DNA of 62,683 nucleotides, the filler included, from Klebsormidium nitens (lineage: Eukaryota; Plantae; Klebsormidiophyceae), in assembly GCA_000708835.1 (NCBI GenBank). It is 4 parts of 4 records of this genome, joined end to end, with 100 filler letters (N's around TTAATTAATTAA, not from the genome) between each part and the next. Parts side by side here need not be neighbours in the genome. Positions count along the whole stretch, not along the records: positions 25,046 to 45,172 come from DF237075.1; positions 45,273 to 52,015 come from DF238374.1; 2 more parts are not named here. One strand, 5' to 3'. Shown here piece after piece: positions 36,701 to 47,146 of the stretch (positions are counted from its first letter, which is position 1; each line of letters starts with the position of its first letter). The notes under the pieces are model-generated. The model was not told where the DNA came from and ran no database searches. It saw nothing but the letters and a program-made list of their open reading frames with translations. The position numbers and the translations under genes were made by a program.

Positions 36701-39369
36701 GTATAGAAAGATCGTCAAGGTAGAATTGAGGACCATCAGGAAACGAGAAGCGGAGTCCGACTCAGCGCTTCTTTCTGGGGGCTTTTTGTGGAGTCCAAGC
36801 TTTCTCTTCAATAGTAGGAACAGAGCTCGAGCCGGAGCCGTCTCAAGTTAACAAGCTAGAATGTCTCCAGACAACATTTCAGTCACCTGAAATCTTCCTG
36901 CCTCATATACTTTCGACCCTTCACGACTTCTACAAGCTCGCCCCATGCTCTCGCTCACCGTGATCGGGGTTGACCCCTTCGCGGCGAGTATCGTGTCTCG
37001 CTCCAGACCGTTGATCAGAGTGACTTTCGGCAGAGCATCCGCCACGTCTTTCAGAGTCGCGCCCAGCGGGCCAGGGACGTCAATCTTGAGAGACTGCAGG
37101 CTAGGCAGCCGGGCGAGAAGGGTCTCGAGCTCGGAGGCGTCTTGAGCCGATAAGGGGTTGTCGGTCAGGTCTAGGGATTGAAGAGTGGGGGCCTCCGTCT
37201 CGTTGAACAGCTGCAAAACGGAGAGTAGTGCATCAAATGATCCCTCATGTCAGGGGGCGGAGCCAGGACACAGAGCTGGAGCTACGGCAGCGAAGCTGCG
37301 CTTTCGAGGAATTCGTGGGCTAGGTCGACAGAATGAAACATGGCGTAAGGACCAAAGCAACATGGTCGACCAACCTGCAGTCGAAGGCTAACGCAGGCCA
37401 ACATGGCGCAGTGGAAACTTCGCGCGAAGGAAGTCGAAGTCGAGTGGTTTGAAAAGTAAAGGAATCAAAACCCTATCCCTGCTTCCCAGGGAGTTCGCAA
37501 AGCTGATAGTCGCTTCCAAAGGACTGCATTACTATCTTCCTTCGGAGTTGGCCTCAGCGCGATCGGGCGCCATGACCATGACGTCAGCACGCACCTCGGG
37601 CTTGAGCCGCTGCAGGCCCCGCCCCGATAGGTCGAGCTCGTGCACAGTCCACAGCGGGTGGCGCTGATGCCCACTCGCGCCATCTACGCCGGGCGCGTCG
37701 GCACCGTAGACTGACGCAAAGAGGCCGAGTGCCCAAAAAAAGTAATGGTCTGTCGCACGGCTGCTGAAAACCTCGAGCAAGGGAAGCCGGGGTTGAAGCG
37801 TCTCCAGAACGTCAGCAGTCCTGCAATGTACGAGAAGGGGTGATGCGCGGCTTGCTGACCACAGGATGACATCAGCTTTTAATGACTTACGCATAGGATG
37901 AGACTGATGTCTATCAACAGAAATCTGGAGGAAGAACGACATTAATCGAAGGGAAATTACTGGGAGATGGTAGCAGCCGCTTCGAGTTTTCGTGAGTGTC
38001 AAGTGGCTCACCCGCTGGCGTAGACCGGGTTGTCGTTCAGCCAGAGTGCGCGCAGCGGCAAGAGACCGCCTAGAGCCTCGAGAAGGGCTGCAGTAGTAGC
38101 AATTTTGTTGCCCCACAAACTGAGGCCTACAAGGTCCTGCGCACCAAGGAAGCAGGTCAGACACAGAACTTCACATGACGAAGATGTCGAGAGAGGCACC
38201 GGATGAATTAACCATTCAGCTGTTTACATCAGCTTGGAGTGGATGACCTGCAAGAGCTTCTTGCATCTGAGAGACTAGACGTGAGTACCTGCTATCCTAC
38301 AGCGGCATTCGGAGGAGTGAAAACAAGTACCACGATGGTCACTGGACCCTGTAAAAGCTCTGGACATTGTCCTTAACCCCTCACAGAACCGCCGTGTATG
38401 CTAGGAGGAAGTCCATGTGCTTTTTGTCCACATTTTTGTCCCCAGATTCTCGAGCTCACACCACAGCTTTGAAGAAGTTGGGGTAGACTGATACTGAAGG
38501 ATCCTCACCGGGTACTTCTCCCCCAGTTTGAGTGCCACCAGCCCAGCATCATCCAGCCCGCATTCGTCCAGCTCCAGCCAGCGCACCGGCGCCCCTTTCT
38601 CCCTTGCCGCCTGCTCGGCAGCAGTCAGGACAGCCTCCACAGACTGGCTGGTACCGTCTGGGTCCGCTCCCTCCTCCTCCTCGGTGCCAGTGTCTGCCAC
38701 ACTCATGAGGGCAGCCATGCGCTCCACAAGGGTCGGCATTGCTTCCAGCTGCAACAGGAAAACATGAGAATGGTTCATTGAGTTGGTCCTGCGCAGGTTG
38801 AACAAGGAGAGCAGATTCTAGAAGATAGGGTGCAGGAGGAATGTGCAGCATAAAGTCCTTGAGTCAACAATGAAGTTGACGGGCATAGGCCTGCGATGGA
38901 AGGGTGGTGCACCAGCAGATGGTGTCATACAATGAGAAGATGCAACAAAAGCACGCAAGGATCACTTCTCAAAAAGGAGTGCCTTTTCTTGTGCGTGGGT
39001 GATGTCGTTGTACGATTGCTAGTGGTAGACACTATCGAAAGCTGCGATCTTTGCACTGCGCTGTTACAACCGACTTGACCTTGTATGCACAAGCCCCGAT
39101 CGGCGCACCTGCTTGCGCGCACCCGCCAGCCGGAATGACCAGGTGTGATCCACCAGGAACACATCACTCTCTTTGTCCAGCCTTTCTGCGCTCGCGACGA
39201 GGCGGCGCTGCACCCCCCCTTCCACCTCCACCTCCTCCACCTGGAAATGCTGCCCCCCATCAAACACATCCTGCGTCAGCTTCTGGTGCAGCACCTTGTG
39301 CAGGGACTGGGGCAACCCCGACGCCGCCAGCAGAACGCCATGGACCTGGACAAAGTCCTCGAACTCCAT
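30793..39369 (-). CDS. TTLL12: Tubulin-tyrosine ligase-like protein 12 (plant type, with LRR and SET-like regions)
   Basis: Start MEFEDFVQVHGVLLAASGLP..DVFLVDHTW; LRR exons (LSLWGNKI, LWLNDNP, LDLTDNP); SET-like WY(V)MDELGS..RHSDRP; TTL motifs MNQFPFEACIVMKHHLA, ICQKYIERP, KFDLR, RAMYGVDVML, LLE|ITYCPD..RAC. Many exons, not all boundaries mapped. Confidence 0.95.
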
Positions 39370-39953
39370 GGCACCGCAGCGGGGGCAGCGTAGCTCAGCT
39401 TGTCATGTGCCGGCTGAATTAGGAAGACAAGATTTGGACAAGTGCGTCCTCGCACAGCGCAACGCGCAATGCTGTGCCCCTGAGGCTGCCAATGGAAGAA
39501 TGCTGGATAGGTAATCCAAAGCTATCCGGCGCTTCACAATTTTGATATCGAAATGATTGTGCCATTCCAGCTGAAAAGTTCCTGGTCAGATTGACACACT
39601 TCGTCAACAACGTCTCGCCGTTGACGTGAACGGCAACTTCGAAACAGTGACTGTCGCAAGAATTGCTGGGAAAGCCAAAAACGGTCGTCAAGGTACTTCT
39701 TCGGTGTCATACGCCGAGCGTTGGAGCACAGCAGGAAGTGGCACTAGCAGGACAGGTGGTTGAGCTGCTTTTCACGTTTCACCAATTCAGAGAATAAGAG
39801 GCGCCCGAGCAAGCTAGCTCAGGAGGACGCACTACTTAGTAAAATAGGGTATCTCCCAAAGCAAATCACAGCCCGCGGATCAATTTGTGGTGCAGGAAGA
39901 TATCTGCTTGTTGGCACTGCGCAGTAATCTCATCAAGGGTTGCAGCCAGGCCA

Positions 39954-42389
39954 ATGGCCCTTGTCGTGATCTGCGGCCATCCTTGCAGTGGGAAGAGCAC
40001 ACTCGCTCGCTTTCTGGAAGAAGCCCTTAAGGTAGCAGGTGCGCAGACAGTGGTGATTCTCGGTGAAGACTCTCTCAATCTGACCAAGAGGGATGCATAC
40101 AAAGGTGAGCATATTTCTTGCTTGGAAGGAGACAGCTGACGCAATGTTGATTCTTGTGGGGCTGCGGACAAATGCAAAGCATTTTTTTCACGACCGTCTT
40201 ATTGCTGGTTGGAAGAGCTGTGAATTCATCAAGCATGGCGCTGTTTTCCGTCAAAGCCAAGCAGTGAGGCATGTCTTAGTCGATCTTCAGCTGGAGGCCT
40301 CCGCTTAGCTTTATCTGAGTGGCTCATGGTTTTCATAGTTGCTTCATAACAGTAACATCAGTAGCCAGCTCAGTCCTTAAACACACCACCATTCACATAC
40401 GTGGCTGCAATGTTATGCCCTCACCCATCTGATCTCCTTGCGCAGACAACAACGCTGAGAAGAACCTGCGTGGTGTTCTGCGGTCAACAATTGACAGAAT
40501 GGTTTCCAGGGACAAGGTGGTAATTGCGGACTCGCTCAACAATATCAAGGTGAGAGCCAAGAAATCCAGATCACTTTTGGTCCATATACCTTCATCTATG
40601 CCCATTCTGGTGCTATAGATGCTGGTCTTCTGATGAGGGTCAAGGCGTGTCTGTAAGAAATCCGTGCAATTGACACGCAGGCAGGAAAGCAGGGAAAGAG
40701 TCGTCCAGATCCTCAGATCTTATTTCAATCTGGAGCAGGGGTACCGCTACGAGCTGTGGTGCATTGCGCGTGCTGAGGGGACGCGCTACTGCATGGTGCA
40801 CTGCGATGTACCCCAAGAGACAGCCCATGAGTGGAATGCTGGACGGGAGCCCACTGCTGCATACCCTCCCGAGATGTGAGTAGAAGATGCTGCAGTCAGC
40901 CATCGTCTTCGTTATGGTCTGAGAACATGCACGAATTTCTGAAACTCAGAGCTGCAAGCAGATCAGCCTGTTCATTGATGGTTCACAGTGTGCCTCCGAA
41001 TAGGGGATGAGTTCAAGAAAGTTTTCTTGTTCAAGAGGAGAGTCAACTTCACGATCCAGTCGGTTGTATGTGCCAGAAATCAATCCAGATGGGGGCTGAA
41101 AGAAGAGCGAGTCTAGACTGGACGAGTTGTCAGGTTCGCAGGTGATTAACTCATTTGTAAATGTTCTGTCCCTTTCTGCAGTATGGACGATCTACTTCGG
41201 CGCTTTGAGAGGCCAGACGGACGCAACCGCTGGGACTCGCCACTCTTTACCCTCTACCCGGACCGAGGTGAGGGCCTTCATTGATCAATTCTGACTCGGC
41301 CTTTGATTTGAAGTCCAGCGATGTAGAAACGCGACATGTTCGATCTACCAGGAGAAGCTAAGGATCTCACTTCAGAGGCCGGTTCTCTGCTGTCCAACGA
41401 TCTTGGAAACAGACAGAGAACGCAACAGTTCATATTTGCTACATGAGACCTGGTAGTCGAACGGCACCAGTGCAACCATCCATCTGTTGAGTCGGTGGGA
41501 CTGTGATGTTTGAGGTCTTCAACTGCAAGGGCAAGCCTTGCACAACCGGCGCCTTTTCGTAAGGCCCTGAGCTCCTGATTCCCCCGTGCAGACGAGCTCA
41601 GTCCGTCCTCGCCAGGCATACTCGAGATCGTGGAAGCGATGGTGGGCGAACAGAAGACTGCAACGGGACGGGTCTCAAAAACACTGAAACCAACGATCGC
41701 CACACAAAACGCATGTCTTTCAAACACCATCTCGTTTGCATTGCGTTGCCTTGCTTGAGGTCATCGTGGATATTTCAAAGAAACTTTCTGATCGTGTTGG
41801 GGTATATTAGAGTATGGCTCCTGGAGATGGTCCTTATCCTTTTCACCCTGTCCTTCGGCCAGTCCTTTCCATTTCACCCTACCCTTCGGCCATTCTGGAT
41901 GGTCCTGGCGACGCACGATCCGATCGTGAGCTAAAAGTGAAACAGCCTCTGTAAGTCTTGGTAGCCCCTCTGCTTCGTATTGGACTGCCGAGGAGACCGA
42001 ACAGCCGATACTGTATTCACTTGCTTTGACTAGATGCCAAACTTGGAGGTCGAGCCCCGTGGTTCGAAAACTTCTGAAGACTTCCTCTCTCGCAGGCGCG
42101 CATGTCCGACACCAACCTGTTGTACGAGCTGGACCGGGCGACACAAGAGATCTTGAGCGCTCTTGTAGAAGCTCAAGCAAACGGACCTTCGGGATCCATG
42201 ACTGTAGGAGAAGGGCTGCCCCCGGTCCATGTAGAGAGGCTGATCAATCTTCCAGAGTTAAGGCGGTACAAAAGGACGTTCATCAAGCTAGCGTCACAAA
42301 ATATGGGCGCCGCCCCGCATGATACGCTCACTGCCAAGAGGATGTTCGTTGACTACATAAATCGAGAAATTGCTTCATCACGGACGTGA
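39954..42389 (+). CDS. KTI12: KTI12/DRL1, Elongator-associated P-loop protein
   Basis: MALVVICGHPCSGKST (Walker A); exons 39954-40104, 40446-40549 (NLRGVLRS..IADSLNNIK), 40739-~40877 (GYRYELWCIAR), ~41182-41268 (RFERPDGRNRWDSPLF), and a final exon NLLYELDRATQE..LPELRRYKRTFIKL..FVDYIN. Confidence 0.95.
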
Positions 42390-45272
42390 CCTCATTGTTC
42401 TGGAACGCGTCTTAATTTTGCAGCCGTCTACGTTGTTCAGTGCAGCTTACCGGCAGGCTGCTGAGCGCAGGCACATGTGCTATCAAGCAGAGAGCACTGC
42501 TCAACAATCATGCATGACCCTAGTTATTACAAACAACCATATATCATGGCGTATACAGGTGCATGGCCATGCGCATGTGTCGAGTCGAGCGTGTAATCGA
42601 TCTGTGAAGAGGCCACCACGGCGCTCCTATCGGGCATGCATGCTGACTGACTGATTCCTGCAAGCGAAAAATGGATCCACTTCCGCCACGGCCTAGACCG
42701 TCTCCACGTCCGTTGAGTCCTGTTCATATGCACACACTGGATGTGCTGGCGTGGAGAGAATGGCGATGAATACTCAACCGGGGGATCCCGTCACTGTCGA
42801 AAGGCGGCTATCTAGAAGTAACCGTCCCCGGCCAGCCTGGCCTTATACAATGACTAATTTCTTCTGACTTTCCAGTCACCATGTACTATCGAGTGAACAA
42901 TTTGCATTGCAATTTAGTACACAATTACTTGTCTCCTTTGCGCAATATGCCGCGGCCAATGATGCAACGAGTTTCCGATCATGAACTGTAGCCTTGATAT
43001 CGGGAAAATTCCCTTTTCAGTACCGACGGTACTTGGAGATTTGGGCAAGCAGAATGTGCGGAATGCGGCCATGTCTTACATCATGCCATGCATTACAAAC
43101 TTGACAGTTCTGCGCACGACCTAGCTGTTTGATGCGGGGACTCACAACACCGACCTAGCTGTTTGATGCGGAGACGCCCCGACTCCCAAGCATCAGTCCT
43201 TTCAGCGAAGCGTATTGAGTTTTGCTTTACGAGTTAGCCGCCCAGAATCGAAGAGTTGCTGGGCGTGCAACGTCTTCCGCTGATTCTTGAAGTCCGAAGC
43301 GAGTCTGCTCGTGAAGCCAGACTACCTGACAGTTGTACGTATACTTACTTCTGAGAAGCTCAGTAAGTCAGACGCGGATCAAGTGCTGAGGCGACTCTCG
43401 CTGTAGAGTGTAGCAGTCTGTGGATGGGTATGCATAACCTAGCCATCCCCGTAAGAGTCGAAGGCCGGGCTCGTTTATCGACGCCCCTTTGAAGTAGCCA
43501 GCTTGCATCATGAAGCGCCTGCAGAACATCAGGACTCACCCCCCGAACTTGGGAACACAGTACCAGGCTTACAGGCCATGCTTCGACATGCTTATGAAGA
43601 CGTGGTTGCATACAGTCGAGTCTCGTAACACTCGGCATTTTTTAGATTGGAGGCGAATGCTTGGAATTGAGAAGTGAAACGTCCAGGGTGCATCAGCATT
43701 ATTGGACATTTTCAAGATTTGGGACGATCTGCAGAACCTTCTTGTTAGAATATCAAAACCCTCGAGCGTTTCTCCCACTAGCCCACTTCTGAATGATCAA
43801 AAGATTGGGAAGTGACCTCAATTGGTCCTTTTCTTAAACCTTTCAATATCCATCTTTCAGACGCGGAGGTTTTCAATGATTGACGTCTCTTACGTTTTGG
43901 GCTTCGGCCAAGATGAACAGGAGAGCCCAGCTGTCACCTTGACCGGAATATTGGTTGAAATTGATCTTTTTCTAACCTGCAACCGTAATTACGATCGACT
44001 TGCAGATGCGCAGAATCTCTATGTTTTTCAATTCCAGGTGAGATCATAAGACGTTGTTTCGTCTCTTGTTGCAGGATGGGTCCAAGACACTGTGGATTGC
44101 GACCAGCAGATTCAAAAGCACTCGGATGCATCCGATACTGGTTGGCTCTCACCATGAACTTCTCGTCGTTTTTGAGCCCTTACTTTCTCCAGTCCTGCCT
44201 GCGTGCTTTCGCCTGCACTAGAGAAGATCTCAGGTTGACTCAGAATTTAGGCCGAGAATCATCTGGCAGAGTTGAAACCTAGCGATCAAGGCAGTCAAGC
44301 TTAACTGTTTAAGCAAGAGGAGCTGGCACAATCGATTTGTTTGACGTCGATTGTTCATCGAGCAGGAGATGCCACCAAAAGCAATTAGGAACAACGTTTG
44401 CAGGATGTGCATACTGACCAGCTGCCAGTTCTTCTGCGCAAGTTTCGCTTCTCCTTCTCGACTACGCCGCTATCTTCATCCAAGGCACTGATAGAGAAGC
44501 CGGCTGCCAAACCACCTAGGCCCCGTCCCCAACTAGCAGCAATTTGTGAGAACCCCGCTTCAAGACTTTGTCCCAGTCTGTTCAAACCAACCGAGGCAAA
44601 GGAGCTTGACGCTCCCACCGAATCGCGCCTGAGAAGTAAAAAGACCTCTATGAGCACTGCTGTTTGCAAGAAAGTTGACCCCCCTGCCACATCGTGTCCC
44701 GGTAGACTCGGTAGAGTTGGAGAAAACCTCCGGCCACACACACAAGTTGTAAGCTGGCTAAGACGAAGGGCTTCTTACTCCGGCGTTTGCGCTCACGCTC
44801 ATAATCCAAACTTGCTGCCAGCAAATGTTTGCCGCAAGTCGCTTTTTGCTCCTCTTTCAGAGTCATCTTTTCAAGATTAGTATATGCTCGCTGAACACCA
44901 GTATTCTCAAACACCTTCGGGACATCAGCAGTTGTGCACTTCATTGAAACGACATTGATTCAGTACCGAATCAACAAAAAATAATATTAACACTGGGTCT
45001 AATGTCTGATCAACACCGATAATAAATCAACAGCTGATCGACTGCGGAACTCTAGTTGAAATCAAATCGACGTCCTTTCAACTCTTGAATCAATACATAT
45101 AGGATGCTTCGATTCAACGTCCAGCATACACAACACGTTTGCTGATTCGACGTAACGCTCATGATGATATAANNNNNNNNNNNNNNNNNNNNNNNNNNNN
45201 NNNNNNNNNNNNNNNNTTAATTAATTAANNNNNNNNNNNNNNNNNNNNNNNNNNNNNNNNNNNNNNNNNNNN

Positions 45273-45498
45273 TTGTAAATTCTTCGCGTTTGTAATTAGC
45301 GAAGAATTTCGGTTCTCTGCCGCGAACCGGAATTCAAACCGAATTCGAGCGCGCCATGCGCGCTGCGCTGCCGCGTCAGCAGCAGCCAATCAGCTTCGAC
45401 TTTTCGAAGCTATAAATTCGAGCACTTCACGTGCTCATTCTTCATTCTGCGTTGTGCACCTTCCACAGACACCGCTTCCGATCTCCGCTTCTTTGATC
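45273..45498 (+). repeat. Split direct repeat A1 (226 bp; copy A2 at 51142-51367)
   Basis: TTGTAAATTCTTCGCG...CTTTGATC occurs at both positions; contains CCAATC and TATAAA-like motifs. Confidence 0.95.
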
Positions 45499-45630
45499 TT
45501 GCTTCCCTTTTCCCCTTCGTCTTCGTTCCCCATGCATCCGTGCATGGCCTAGTGCTCTCTGTTCTTCGTACCTCTGTTCTGCTAGTGTGCTTCCTGCTCG
45601 CTTCACCTTCGTCTACTTTCCGAAGTCGTC

Positions 45631-46626
45631 ATGGCCAGCGCTGCTGCAACTCAAACTGATCCTCCAGAGCCCGACTTCGACTTCGCCAACCTGTTCAACT
45701 CGAGCCCCCTCCGTGTGGATCCGACTGGCCAACAGGATGGTCTTCAATCAGCAGGAATGAACAACTCGGGCGCTTCTCGGCTTCAGGATGGTCTCCCAGG
45801 CTTCCAGACAGGCGCTTTTGCTCAAGGTCCTCAGGGCCTTCACGTTCCTCCTGTTCCTCATGCTCGACAGCCTGGCGCTTCTCAGCAAACCCCTGAAGGC
45901 ACTTTCAGTGGCTCCCAGATCCAGGCCCTTTTCTCGACGTTCGAAGACCGCATCGCCTCGAGGATCGAGAAGAAGCTCTCTGCCGTTCAAGACTCTGTCT
46001 CTGGATCATCTCTGGACGCCAAGAAACGCAAGGCTGAGGCCATCAAGAACGAAGGAATCCGCAAGCAGTATGTTCCTATCGAGGAGGCTTCTTTGCGCAT
46101 GCACGAGGTCAATTCTTCTCTGGCTGCTGTGGCTGAGGGGGAGGCTGAGCCGATTGGTCCTGAACAGGCGGAGCAGCTGCGCGAGCACCTGGATCAAGGT
46201 ATTAAGTTTTGCACAGATCGCATGCAGTTTCTCGAAATTGCTGAAACCGAGGGTTGGTCTGTTGCCAAGAAGGTTGAGGAGGATTCCTTTTTGCTCAAGC
46301 TCCCTGAGGACCTGCAGTCTCAAGTGAAGAAGGCGCGCAAGGCTGTGAAGGCTGACGAGCAGGCCAAGGACAAGAAGAAGTCTGGCAGAAAGTTTCGGGG
46401 TTCTTTTCGTGGTGGTTTCTCGAGTGGTTACAGGAGGTTCAGTGGTGGCAGGGGTGGCTTCTCTGGAGGTTTCCATTCAGGTTTTGGTGGCTTCAACCAG
46501 GGTTTCTCCCAGCATGGTGGTCATCAGAAGGGTCCTTGCTATACCTGCGGAGCCATGGGTCATATTGCTGCCTTCTGCACTGCTAAGTCAGGAAGTGTAG
46601 TCAATGCTGCTCGACAGAATGTCTAG
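45631..46626 (+). CDS. Gag-like ORF1 of the YR retrotransposon
   Basis: 331-aa open ORF, coiled-coil-like core, RGG/GGF-rich segment and CCHC knuckle CYTCGAMGHIAAFC. Confidence 0.88.
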   Translation: MASAAATQTDPPEPDFDFANLFNSSPLRVDPTGQQDGLQSAGMNNSGASRLQDGLPGFQTGAFAQGPQGLHVPPVPHARQPGASQQTPEGTFSGSQIQALFSTFEDRIASRIEKKLSAVQDSVSGSSLDAKKRKAEAIKNEGIRKQYVPIEEASLRMHEVNSSLAAVAEGEAEPIGPEQAEQLREHLDQGIKFCTDRMQFLEIAETEGWSVAKKVEEDSFLLKLPEDLQSQVKKARKAVKADEQAKDKKKSGRKFRGSFRGGFSSGYRRFSGGRGGFSGGFHSGFGGFNQGFSQHGGHQKGPCYTCGAMGHIAAFCTAKSGSVVNAARQNV

Positions 46627-47146
46627 GAACTCCAGTCTTCTGCTCCATAAGTTTACTTCAGGAGGAGTGAGAAAAGATGAGAGAGAAAAGACTCCCGAGA
46701 TGAGTTAGGACGTAATGAACTCTGGTTGTATCCAGTTGTCCTGGGAGCACGGACGCTGTCCGTAGGCTGGCTGCACGCCAGGCCTCATTCGAAGTTGTCC
46801 TTCACTGGTGGTTCGTGCATGTTCTCTGTTCTTATGCTTTCTCTAGGGTTTTCTGTTCCTGGGAAATGCTGAATGAACTGGTTGCTAACGAAGTTAGCAC
46901 CGCTAGTCCAGTTCTTTATTCTGATCCATTCTAGTTTTCCTTTGAGTTAATGATGTTCCTTTTGCTGGGGGTCTCTCCCAAGCTAGGATGTGAAGGTTCA
47001 GAAACTCTTTCGGCTTGAAGTTTTTGTGATCGGGGTTAGGATGATCACACCATTCTTCCTTTTTGGAATGTTCAAATCGGGTGTGACTTGAACCTCTCCT
47101 CTTACCCTGTTGGTGTTTTTTCGCTCATGTCCCTCCATTCCAGGTC

